In this document: positions 17,460 through 26,485 of the stretch, piece by piece
Layout: each line of letters starts with the position of its first letter
Numbering within the stretch: position 1 is the stretch's first letter
Source: Candidatus Latescibacterota bacterium
GTDB taxonomy: Bacteria > Latescibacterota > UBA2968 > GCA-2709665
DNA length: 64,000 nt
Assembly: GCA_965248435.1 (NCBI GenBank)
Contig: OZ252100.1
Location: 3,040,001 to 3,104,000 of the forward strand
Reading direction: 5' to 3'
Position numbers and translations under genes: made by a program
Notes under the pieces: generated by a model
What the model was told of the DNA's origin: nothing
The model's database searches: none
What the model saw: only the letters and a program-made list of their open reading frames with translations

Positions 17460-20290
17460 ACGAAACGCAGGAAAAAACCAAGGGCAAGGGCGGCGGTACC
17501 CACCTCCTGATCGGCGTCATCACGAGTGCGGTACTGATCGCGCTCTCCTGGACACATTTCTACGAAGACCAGGAGGCTTCTATCTATGATTTTCGTTTCA
17601 GACTGCGCAACGATCTCTTCGGTCAACCTGCACAGGACCCGGCCATATCAACGATTGACATCGACGATGTGGCCCTTCAGGCTTTTGGGTTTCCTTTCCC
17701 GCGAGATCGACACGCCCTCCTGGTCGACATCCTGGGTCGGTTCGGTGCGCGGATGATCGGATTCGACATCTTCTTCTATGAGCCGGGCGCCGCACTCCTC
17801 TCGCCGGAAGACGTGCTCCAGTTCGAAGCGGAGACGCTTTCCAAGGACGAAGTCGTGGGGCTAATCAAAAATTTCGACCAGAACTTTATCCAGGCGTCTG
17901 ACGACAACCGCATCGTCTACCTGGCCCAGACCTTCGAGGTTACCGATCGAGGTCCGGAGTTCGCGCGTCAGAACCTCCGTAGTCGTTCAGATGAGAAAGT
18001 GGCTGCCATCCGGGCCCTGGAGCGGTTCTCCGTGCCGGCTCCGGCCGGAGTTTTGGATGGGCTTTTCCATACAACCGATATTGAAATCCCGCTCGTGGAC
18101 TTCGTCGGAGCGGCACAAGGCGTGGGGTTTGCACTGCCCAAGCCAGACCACGACGGGATCGTCAGACGCTATCGGCTCCTTCTCTCTTACGACGGGCGAC
18201 TCTACTTTGCGTTGGCCTTTCTCATGGCCTGCGACTACCTGCAGGTCCCGATCCAGAACGTGAAGGTCCTGCCAGGGAAGCACGTTCTTCTGCCCGATGC
18301 GCACCTAACAGACGGGAGCGTGACTGACATTCGGATTCCGATCACCGGAAAGGGGGAAATGCTGGTCAACTGGGCCGGTACCTACCACGGCACCTTCCGC
18401 CACCTGCCCTACAACCTGATCCTGGACTTTGCCGAAAATGAACGGTCGAACGGGGCTTTGAAAATCGCCAAGAAAATCGCGCACAACCATCCTGATGCCT
18501 TGAACGACGGCGAACTGTTTTTGGAGAAGGCGTCACAGGAAGGGGGCGCTGACCTCGATCCGGGACTGCTCTTCGACAAGGCGACCCGGGTCTTCTTCGG
18601 CCGAGAGTTCGAGCAGGGGCTTGTATCGAATCCAGACCTGACGCTCGATGCCATTGCCTCTGCCTTCGGTGTCCCCGAAGAAGAGAAGTCTCAGTTTGAG
18701 GAGGTTTGGGCCGGTCCGTTCAGAGAAGTCGCTTTGAACCTCGGGATTCTGAATGTCCTGAAGGACAATCCGGACCTGTCGCTACAAGGGGTCGGAGAGA
18801 GGATGGGGATCTCCAGACTGGAGGAGATCAAGTATGGCGTGGGCGTGCTCAGGTCCTTGATTCGCGGTGGGGGTGTGAAACCTGAGGACCATCCCCTCAT
18901 CTTCGAAGACCTGATCACAAGCGCGGGGCTGGACGGTCATGAGACTGCCGACCGAATCGTAACGTCGAAGGATTTCGAACGCACCGTATTCTTCTATGGG
19001 CTGACGGCGACGGGAACTCACGACCTAAACCCCACGCCCTTCGGCGCCCGAGAGGCGATGCTGGGTGCACACGTGAATGTCTTCAACACGATCCTCACCC
19101 AAAATTTTCTTGGACGCGTTCCCAGATGGGGCAACGCCGTCATCATGCTGGCGCTCGGCCTTCTGATAGGGATTATGGTCCCGAAACTTCGTGCGCTCCC
19201 CGGGGCCTCGCTCGTGGTTCTGCTTCTGGCCATCTACATGGTTGCCACTTTCATACTGTTCGCGAAAGCCGGGGTCTGGGTCGATGCGCTCGGGCCGGTC
19301 GCAACACTCGTCATCGGCTACCTGAGCATTACGCTTTACAACTATGTTCAGAAAGAGAAGGAAAAGGAATTCGTACAGGGAGCCTTTGGACACTACCTGG
19401 ATCCCAAAGTGATCGACCAGCTCGTTGAGAACCCTGAACAGCTGAATCAACTCGGTGGAGACCTTCGGGTGATGACGGCCTATTTTTCAGACGTCGCAAG
19501 CTTCTCGACGATCTCCGAAAATCTAACGCCCGTAGATCTGGTCGTGCTCCTGAACGAATACCTCAGCGAGATGTGCGACATCATCGCAGAACACGGTGGA
19601 ACGATCGACAAGTTCGAAGGGGATGCCATCATCGCGTTCTGGGGCGCACCGCTGAAGATCGACGATCACGCCAGGCGAGCGCTCATGGCTACGGTCGACA
19701 TGCAGAGTAAAGTGGCGGAGCTCAGAAAGAAGTGGGAGACGGAAGGAAAGATGGAGAAACTTCAGAAGATGTGGGCTGAACAGGGTCGGGGTGAGTTCTT
19801 CAGGGTACGAATGGGAATCAATACCGGCGAGATGGTGGTAGGAAACATGGGATCTCGCACCCGGGTCGACTACACGATGATGGGCGACTCCGTCAACCTG
19901 GCGGCACGCCTGGAAGGCGCCGGCAAGGCCTACGATGTGTCCACCATGATCTCGGAGAGCACCTTCCAGGCCGCTCGAAATGACGTCGAGGTCAGAGAGC
20001 TCGACGTCATCCGTGTCGTCGGAAAGAACGTGTCTGTGCAGGTCTACGAGCTACTGGGACGCAAGGGGGAAGTCGATCCCCAGAAGATGGAAGTCGTGGA
20101 ATGCTACGCCGATGGAGTAGCGATGTACAAGGAACGTAAGTGGGACGAGGCCATCGCCTACTTCGAAGCGGGGCTCAAGATCGATCAGGCGGACGGTCCC
20201 TGCAGGATCTTCATAGAACGCTGTCAGGACTACAAACAGGACCCGCCGGCAGAGACCTGGGACGCGGTCTACGTGCTCGGTTCCAAGTAG
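17456..20290 (+). CDS. CHASE2-domain class III adenylate cyclase
   Basis: N-terminal TM, IDIDD..FPRDRHA..GFDIFF and PDHDGIVRR (CHASE2), 3 TMs, FSDVASFST, DKFEGDA, DYTMMGDSVNLAARLEG (K/D = ATP specificity), C-terminal TPR-like tail. Confidence 0.92.
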   Translation: MNETQEKTKGKGGGTHLLIGVITSAVLIALSWTHFYEDQEASIYDFRFRLRNDLFGQPAQDPAISTIDIDDVALQAFGFPFPRDRHALLVDILGRFGARMIGFDIFFYEPGAALLSPEDVLQFEAETLSKDEVVGLIKNFDQNFIQASDDNRIVYLAQTFEVTDRGPEFARQNLRSRSDEKVAAIRALERFSVPAPAGVLDGLFHTTDIEIPLVDFVGAAQGVGFALPKPDHDGIVRRYRLLLSYDGRLYFALAFLMACDYLQVPIQNVKVLPGKHVLLPDAHLTDGSVTDIRIPITGKGEMLVNWAGTYHGTFRHLPYNLILDFAENERSNGALKIAKKIAHNHPDALNDGELFLEKASQEGGADLDPGLLFDKATRVFFGREFEQGLVSNPDLTLDAIASAFGVPEEEKSQFEEVWAGPFREVALNLGILNVLKDNPDLSLQGVGERMGISRLEEIKYGVGVLRSLIRGGGVKPEDHPLIFEDLITSAGLDGHETADRIVTSKDFERTVFFYGLTATGTHDLNPTPFGAREAMLGAHVNVFNTILTQNFLGRVPRWGNAVIMLALGLLIGIMVPKLRALPGASLVVLLLAIYMVATFILFAKAGVWVDALGPVATLVIGYLSITLYNYVQKEKEKEFVQGAFGHYLDPKVIDQLVENPEQLNQLGGDLRVMTAYFSDVASFSTISENLTPVDLVVLLNEYLSEMCDIIAEHGGTIDKFEGDAIIAFWGAPLKIDDHARRALMATVDMQSKVAELRKKWETEGKMEKLQKMWAEQGRGEFFRVRMGINTGEMVVGNMGSRTRVDYTMMGDSVNLAARLEGAGKAYDVSTMISESTFQAARNDVEVRELDVIRVVGKNVSVQVYELLGRKGEVDPQKMEVVECYADGVAMYKERKWDEAIAYFEAGLKIDQADGPCRIFIERCQDYKQDPPAETWDAVYVLGSK

Positions 20291-20315
20291 GCGCGACGAC
20301 GATTATATCAACGAT

Positions 20316-20347
20316 AGAAAGGGCAGCCAACACTGGCTGCCCTTTCT
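20316..20347. terminator. Bidirectional terminator between convergent genes
   Basis: agaaagggcagcca-acac-tggctgccctttct. Confidence 0.8.
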
Positions 20348-20377
20348 GGTTTTTCGATAAGTCTCAGACCGGAAGTC

Positions 20378-22288
20378 TTACTGATCAGCGCCTGATGCCA
20401 AGACCAGTTTCATCTTGTCGTTGTAAAGGTCCGGATCCTTGATGATACGGACCGCCTCCTGAAACTGTTTGTCCCCCCTGAGGGAGACAAGCAGCTTTGC
20501 CTTACTTCCCCACAGCCGATTCGCCAGTTCTCGTTCGATCTCGAACCGGATGAAAGGTTTCGCTTTTTCGAATTCTGCCTGCCGCTCCTTCTCGACGACC
20601 CCTCTCAGCGCTTCAAGGACTTCAGGTCTGACTTGACCATAGAGGTCTGCATCCTTTAATGCCTCTTCCAGTTCGGCCAAACGAGCCTCCCCGACCGTTC
20701 GGTACCCGAGGTCTTTTGACTTTGCGGCGTCGTCTATGAACGTTTTGAATGATGTGACAATGTCTTCGCCTACTGAAAACTCTTCTGGACCCCCCGAGAT
20801 TACGTTCTGGGAGGCATACTCAACCGCGAAATCGAACAAGAGGCCGGCCCTCGACAGGGCAATCACAAATCGAGGACGTTCGGCCCGCTCCACGTTCACA
20901 TCGGGGGTGATTCCTCCCCCCCCGAACACGGTACGACCCCCCGCCGTCTGGAACTTCTTCGTCGCGTCACCACCCTTGGGATCGTGTGAGGTATCTCGCA
21001 GGCCCAGACCAAGCAGCTGACTCAGTTCCATTTCCACAATCTCTTCTGCCTGTCCAGGTTCAAGGTCGAAGCGGTCTATCAGCTCGCCGATCGCTTCCTC
21101 TGTCCGTTCAGCCGACCCGATGATCGCAACCACCTCAAAGGCGGACAGGGTCTTTGCGCCCACCGACAACATCGGACCCCCTCGACGGTGCGGGCGCAGC
21201 GTGGCCTTGTGGATGCTCCGTCCACTTGGTGTGTAGTAGAGCGCCGTCGTCAGCTTGAGGGCCGTCTCCTTCCCAACCTGTCGGACCGTTTGCACGGAGC
21301 CCTTGCCGAACGTCTGCGTACCCAGGATCAACCCCCGGTCGGAGTCCTGGATCGCACCGGCAACGATCTCCGAGGCGCTCGCACTCTGGCCGTTGACCAA
21401 AACGACCAGGGGAATGCCAGACATAAGTGGGGGCTCCTTCGTCCGATACTCCCGGTCCTGGGATGAACCGCGTCCTCGCGTCGAAACCACCATTCGTCCA
21501 GGCTTCAGGAATTTGTCGGCGACCGCTACCGCCTGCGTGAGCAGCCCGCCCGGGTTCCCCCTCAGGTCCAGGATGATCCCTTTTGGGTTGTGGACACTCA
21601 GTGAACCGATCGCCTCTTCCAACTCCTGGGGAGTGGTTTCGGCAAATCGGCTTGGATGAGGACCCGACATGGCAATGTAGGCGATGTCCTCTTCGGCCAT
21701 CCTCGCGAGCTGCACGCTCTTGATCCCGACACGCGCCCGGATGATGGGCTGGTCAAACAGCTCTTCCTGCCCGGGTCGCTCGATCGTGATGATGACTTCC
21801 GCGCCGGGTCTTCCCCTCAGGACGTCCACGACCTCCTGAAGACTCTTGCCCGCGGTCGGCTCCCCCTCGATACGTAAAATCCGATCTCCCACCACGAGGC
21901 CCGATGTGTCTGCCGGCGTATTCTCGATGACACTCATCACCGTAGGCGCGCCGTTTCGCTGACTTATCGTGATCCCCAGCCCGCCGAACTTTCCCCGGGT
22001 GTCGATGCGCAGCTGCTCGAGCGCCCTTCTGTTCAGAAACTGCGTATACGGATCAAGCTCGTCCAGCATGCCCTCAATCGCGGCGCTCGACAACTCGTCC
22101 GGTTCAAGGGCCTTGAAATAACTCGTCAGCAGATACTCCAGTGCCTTCCCATACTCTTCAAGACTTCTGTCGACCGAGGCATACGTATCTTCGCCCTTGG
22201 CTCTCCTGGAATCGACCGCCAGGTAGACGCCAACGAGCGCGATCAAGATCACGAAAACCAACCGTCTGCCACCACCTTGCCTAAACAT
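20378..22288 (-). CDS. ctpA: S41 carboxy-terminal processing protease
   Basis: LDPYT, PDZ (FGGLGI), DLRGNPGG, SASASEI, TFGKGSVQ, YYTPSGRSI, GITPD. Confidence 0.93.
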   Translation of the reverse strand: MFRQGGGRRLVFVILIALVGVYLAVDSRRAKGEDTYASVDRSLEEYGKALEYLLTSYFKALEPDELSSAAIEGMLDELDPYTQFLNRRALEQLRIDTRGKFGGLGITISQRNGAPTVMSVIENTPADTSGLVVGDRILRIEGEPTAGKSLQEVVDVLRGRPGAEVIITIERPGQEELFDQPIIRARVGIKSVQLARMAEEDIAYIAMSGPHPSRFAETTPQELEEAIGSLSVHNPKGIILDLRGNPGGLLTQAVAVADKFLKPGRMVVSTRGRGSSQDREYRTKEPPLMSGIPLVVLVNGQSASASEIVAGAIQDSDRGLILGTQTFGKGSVQTVRQVGKETALKLTTALYYTPSGRSIHKATLRPHRRGGPMLSVGAKTLSAFEVVAIIGSAERTEEAIGELIDRFDLEPGQAEEIVEMELSQLLGLGLRDTSHDPKGGDATKKFQTAGGRTVFGGGGITPDVNVERAERPRFVIALSRAGLLFDFAVEYASQNVISGGPEEFSVGEDIVTSFKTFIDDAAKSKDLGYRTVGEARLAELEEALKDADLYGQVRPEVLEALRGVVEKERQAEFEKAKPFIRFEIERELANRLWGSKAKLLVSLRGDKQFQEAVRIIKDPDLYNDKMKLVLASGADQ

Positions 22289-22300
22289 TCGTTGCCTCCG

Positions 22301-22933
22301 TCAAGGAGCACCCTTCTCCGTCTCCAACCGGCGCTTAACCTCTAAGTAGATCCGGTTTGAAAGTTCATCGATCGGAAGTCGGCCATCCAGACACACCGTC
22401 CCCGCCGGATCGGCCACCACCATCTCCAGATAACCCTGCCGAACGCGCTCAAAGAAAGAGTCGTCGTCACCTTCGACACGATCGGCGATATCAGATTCTT
22501 TTCGAGAGCGGGAAGATTGGACGTCCACGTCAACGACAATTGTGAGATCCGGCATAACACCGCCGGTAGCCAGCCGCTGAAGCCGCTTCAGGTCACCAAC
22601 GTCCAAACCTCGACCATACCCCTGGTAAGCGATCGTCGAGCCAGAGAAGCGATCGGAAATCACGACGTGCCCTTGATCCAGGCCAGGACGAATCACCGAG
22701 GCGACGTGCTGCGCGCGATCGGCAGTGAACAAAAACAGCTCGGCAAGCGGATCAACATCCCCGGTGTCTTCGAGAAGCAGACGCCGGATGTCCCTTCCGA
22801 GTTCCGTGCCGCCTGGCTCTCTGGTAAGCGTGACTGTTCTGCCGTCACGCTTGAGCTTATCCGCGAGCCGGTCCGCCTGGGTCGACTTCCCACTCTTGTC
22901 GATCCCCTCAAACGCTACAAAATACCCTGTCAT
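22301..22933 (-). CDS. tmk: Thymidylate kinase
   Basis: FEGIDKSGKST, TREPGG, DRF..STIAYQG. Confidence 0.96.
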   Translation of the reverse strand: MTGYFVAFEGIDKSGKSTQADRLADKLKRDGRTVTLTREPGGTELGRDIRRLLLEDTGDVDPLAELFLFTADRAQHVASVIRPGLDQGHVVISDRFSGSTIAYQGYGRGLDVGDLKRLQRLATGGVMPDLTIVVDVDVQSSRSRKESDIADRVEGDDDSFFERVRQGYLEMVVADPAGTVCLDGRLPIDELSNRIYLEVKRRLETEKGAP

Positions 22934-23052
22934 ACCATCCCGGGGTCAGGCCAGGAACGAAAAAGCCGGGTCGACACCCGGGCTTCCTTTTCTCGTGACT
23001 GCAGGCGAACGTCCCGGCCCACATTCAACTGAAAAAGGGCCGAACCAACGCA

Positions 23053-23634
23053 CTACGGTTTCGCCCGCTTCCGAATGTGAAACACGCGATGAAGGGCCGT
23101 CACGTTCGCTAACAGCGCGATGGCCCAAATTGCGATCTGAAGTCCCATTTCTCCAACGAGCGCTCCAACACCGATCGCGATCACGCGCTCAGGACGCTGA
23201 ACAAACCCGACGTTGCACGTTTCGCCCAACCCCTCGGCACGGGCACGCACATAACTCACCATCAGCGAACCGGCAAGGGCAAAGAAGACTGCCGAGCTTG
23301 TCCACAGAGAGTCCGCACGAATAAAGCTGACAGCAATCCCGAACCAGATGAAGATTTCGGAGTAGCGGTCGACAGTCGAGTCCAGCAAGGCGCCAAACGT
23401 CGTCTCTGTTCGGCCTGCCCTTGCGACCTGACCGTCGAGAAGGTCGAACAAACCGGCAAGGAGGACGACAAAACCGGCCCATCGAAGGTAGTCGAGTCCG
23501 AAGAGCGTGGCCGCGATCAGGTTCAATCCAAACCCGATCATCGTTAGAAAATTCGGCCGCCAGCGCCTCTTAACCAGATACTCCGTGGATGGCTGCAGGA
23601 ATTCGGCGACGTCTTCCTTAACTTTTTCGATCAA
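23053..23634 (-). CDS. CDP-alcohol phosphatidyltransferase (PgsA/PIP-synthase-like)
   Basis: PNFLT, DLLDGQVAR..FGALLDSTVDR, SYVRARAE. Confidence 0.92.
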   Translation of the reverse strand: MIEKVKEDVAEFLQPSTEYLVKRRWRPNFLTMIGFGLNLIAATLFGLDYLRWAGFVVLLAGLFDLLDGQVARAGRTETTFGALLDSTVDRYSEIFIWFGIAVSFIRADSLWTSSAVFFALAGSLMVSYVRARAEGLGETCNVGFVQRPERVIAIGVGALVGEMGLQIAIWAIALLANVTALHRVFHIRKRAKP

Positions 23635-23836
23635 CCCTTACGCTCGCCCCGGAAGTACAGTCGACCTGATGCGTGGATACACCAAACCCCTTTCGAGCAC
23701 CCAAATTAAGCCATAATTCGTTGATTCCTTGTGAATATAGGGTAATCGAAAAGGGCTAGCAAGCGAAAATTTGGCGATTCAGATCGCCCATTCAGGCCGA
23801 CAGAAATAACCGACCGACCTCGGCCCATCCGGCAGA

Positions 23837-25081
23837 TCACATGTTTTTGATGATGGCCTGGGCGAATTCAGAGCATTTTACCTCCTTTGCGCCCTCCATC
23901 AGCCGTGCAAAATCGTAGGTCACGACCTTCGAGGCGATCGTCCTTTCCAGGCCCGCGATGATCAGGTCGCAGGCCTCCACCCACCCCATGTGTCGAAGCA
24001 TCATCTCCCCCGACAGGATCAGCGAACCGGGATTCACTTTGTCCTGACCGGCATACTTGGGTGCCGTCCCGTGGGTTGCTTCGAAGATCGCGTGTCCCGT
24101 TTTATAGTTGATGTTTCCCCCGGGGGCGATACCAATCCCCCCCACTTGCGCGGCAAGGGCATCAGATGCGTAGTCGCCGTTCAGGTTCATCGTGGCGACA
24201 ACATCAAACTCAGCTGGGCGCGTCAGCACCTGCTGCAAGAAGATGTCTGCGATCGCATCCTTGATGAGGATCTTTCCCGTGGGCGGGTTCCCGTTGCACT
24301 CCTCCCACGAGACGACCCGATTAGAAAATTCATCCCTGGCGAGCTCATAGCCCCAGCTGCAAAATGCCCCCTCCGTAAACTTCATGATATTGCCTTTATG
24401 CACGAGCGTGACGCTCGCTCTGTCGTTCTCGAGTGCATACTCGATGGCCGCCCGGATCAACCGCTTGCTTCCTTCTTCAGAAACCGGCTTGATCCCAATT
24501 CCGGAGGTCTCTGGAAAGCGGATCTTACTCACACCCATCTCCTCTTGCAACCACCCGATCACCTTCTTCACTTCCTCCGAACCGGACGCCCACTCCACAC
24601 CTGCGTAAATATCCTCGGTATTCTCTCTGAATATGACCATGTCCACCTGGTCAGGTCGTTTGACCGGGCTGGGGACGCCCTTGTACCACCTGACGGGACG
24701 CAGACAGACGTAGAGGTCCAGGGTCTGTCTGAGAGCCACGTTAAGACTGCTGATGCCCCCCCCGACGGGTGTCGTGAGCGGTCCCTTGATCCCGACCTGA
24801 TAACCCCTGAAGGCCTCAACCGTCTCGTCCGGCAGCCAGCTTCCGACCTGGTCGAAAGCCTTTTGGCCCGCAATCACCTCCATCCAGGCCAACCTTCGGT
24901 CGCCTCCGTAGGCCTTTTCGACGGCAGCTTCGAACACAGCTGAAGCGGCCTTCCAGATGTCTGGCCCTGTTCCATCACCCTCGATGTAGGGAACGATCGG
25001 CCGATCGGGTACGTTCAGCTGGCCATCCTTCGACTCAATCTTGGCCCCGTCAGAAGGGATTTCGGGAACGAATTCGGCCAT
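23837..25081 (-). CDS. icd: NADP-dependent isocitrate dehydrogenase
   Basis: [51 protein letters not shown]. Confidence 0.96.
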   Translation of the reverse strand: MAEFVPEIPSDGAKIESKDGQLNVPDRPIVPYIEGDGTGPDIWKAASAVFEAAVEKAYGGDRRLAWMEVIAGQKAFDQVGSWLPDETVEAFRGYQVGIKGPLTTPVGGGISSLNVALRQTLDLYVCLRPVRWYKGVPSPVKRPDQVDMVIFRENTEDIYAGVEWASGSEEVKKVIGWLQEEMGVSKIRFPETSGIGIKPVSEEGSKRLIRAAIEYALENDRASVTLVHKGNIMKFTEGAFCSWGYELARDEFSNRVVSWEECNGNPPTGKILIKDAIADIFLQQVLTRPAEFDVVATMNLNGDYASDALAAQVGGIGIAPGGNINYKTGHAIFEATHGTAPKYAGQDKVNPGSLILSGEMMLRHMGWVEACDLIIAGLERTIASKVVTYDFARLMEGAKEVKCSEFAQAIIKNM

Positions 25082-25224
25082 GTGTGTCCTCCAGACTCAA
25101 TTGGCTGGAAATTTGTTCAGGATTCTGGGTCGCCAAACCTGCGGTGGGCGGGAAAGGTACAAAACCAGGGTCGGAGTGGCAAGGGATTCGTGGCTGCGGA
25201 CTCCCTGCCGACGCCTTATTTGGC

Positions 25225-25253
25225 TTGACAGAGGGCCCAACCCGGTCTAATTT
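25225..25253 (+). promoter_or_regulatory. sigma70-like promoter of FAH gene
   Basis: TTGACA-N17-TAATTT. Confidence 0.55.
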
Positions 25254-25292
25254 CGCGTTTCCTTATCCACCCGACTCAAGGAGTCTTCTCCA

Positions 25293-26146
25293 ATGCGAAT
25301 TCTAACATTTGAGGTGGCCACAGTGCGTCGTTTGGGTGCACGCGTCGGCGACAAGATCATCGATCTGTGTGAGGCGGACCCGTCCTTGCCCAAAGATATG
25401 CGCAGCTTCATCACCGGGGGGCAGGAGGCTCTGGCTCAGGCAACCCGCGCCGTCCAGGCCTTTGAGGGAGGGATTCCGGTCGAGGAGGTCCAGATCAAGG
25501 CTCCCATCTATGACCCCGAGAAGATCGTGTGCATTGGCTTGAACTACGCAGACCACGCCGCGGAGACCAACAACCCGATCCCGGCGGAACCCGTGGTCTT
25601 TTCCAAATTCACAACGACGCTGGTCGGACCGAACGATTCCATCCTTATCCTGAAGTCAGCCAAAAGGTGGATTATGAGGTGGAGCTGGTTGCGGTGATCG
25701 GCAAGGGAGGAAAGAATATCTCAGAGGACGACGCCCTGGATCACGTGTTCGGCTACACCGTCGGAAACGATGTCAGCGCTCGTGACTATCAGCTTGAAAA
25801 GCCTGCAGGACAATGGTTTCTGGGGAAGAACTTCGATAGCTTCTGTCCGATTGGGCCTGAAATCGTCACTTCTGATGAAGTCCCTGATCCTCACAAGTTG
25901 GGGATCCGATGCACTGTGAACGGGGAGCGGTTGCAGGATTCGTCTACCGAGCAGCTCATCTTTGGAATCGACAAGCTTGTCGCCTACCTGTCTCACGTAT
26001 TCACCCTGACGCCCGGAGATCTCATCTACACGGGCACACCCGCGGGTGTTGGAATGGGGAGAACTCCTCCGGTCTGGCTCAAAGCTGGTGACAGTGTCGT
26101 GTGCGAAATCGACGAGCTTGGTCGTCTGGAGAATCAGATCATATAG
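25293..26146 (+). pseudogene. Fumarylacetoacetate-hydrolase-family gene with a single -1 frameshift at ~25644 (real or sequencing error)
   Basis: KIVCIGLNYADH in one frame; VDYEVEL, GNDVSARD, TGTPAGVG in the next; one C missing in atc-c(c)t-tat relative to the paralog. Confidence 0.85.
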
Positions 26147-26485
26147 GTTTTTTTGAGAAAGAGTGAAAGGCAAGGTGGGAGACCCACCGTGAGGCGCGGG
26201 TTCAGAACAATGGCCACGGGCTACCTGCCCGGTCATGCCTTCTGGATGCACTCCTTTCATCACATGCTCAAGTATCGAGGACTGGCAAGGCTGTTCGATC
26301 CTCTGGATAGTCTTGTGCTGTTGGCTGGTTTTCCGGGGTTTGACACCATTCGCGCGACTATCCCGACCCCGGCATTGGGCGCCAACACACCGTGATAACA
26401 GCTACTGGTGCCCTGTTGCCTCAACCCCTGTACCCCACGATGAATCAACTAAGCTTGCTTTTGACTGCACTTTAAGGTCGTCATT

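Noticed and set aside
26153-26480. Short ORFs between the FAH gene and the membrane cassette
   Set aside because: No RBS, motif or consistent codon pattern; may be relic DNA.
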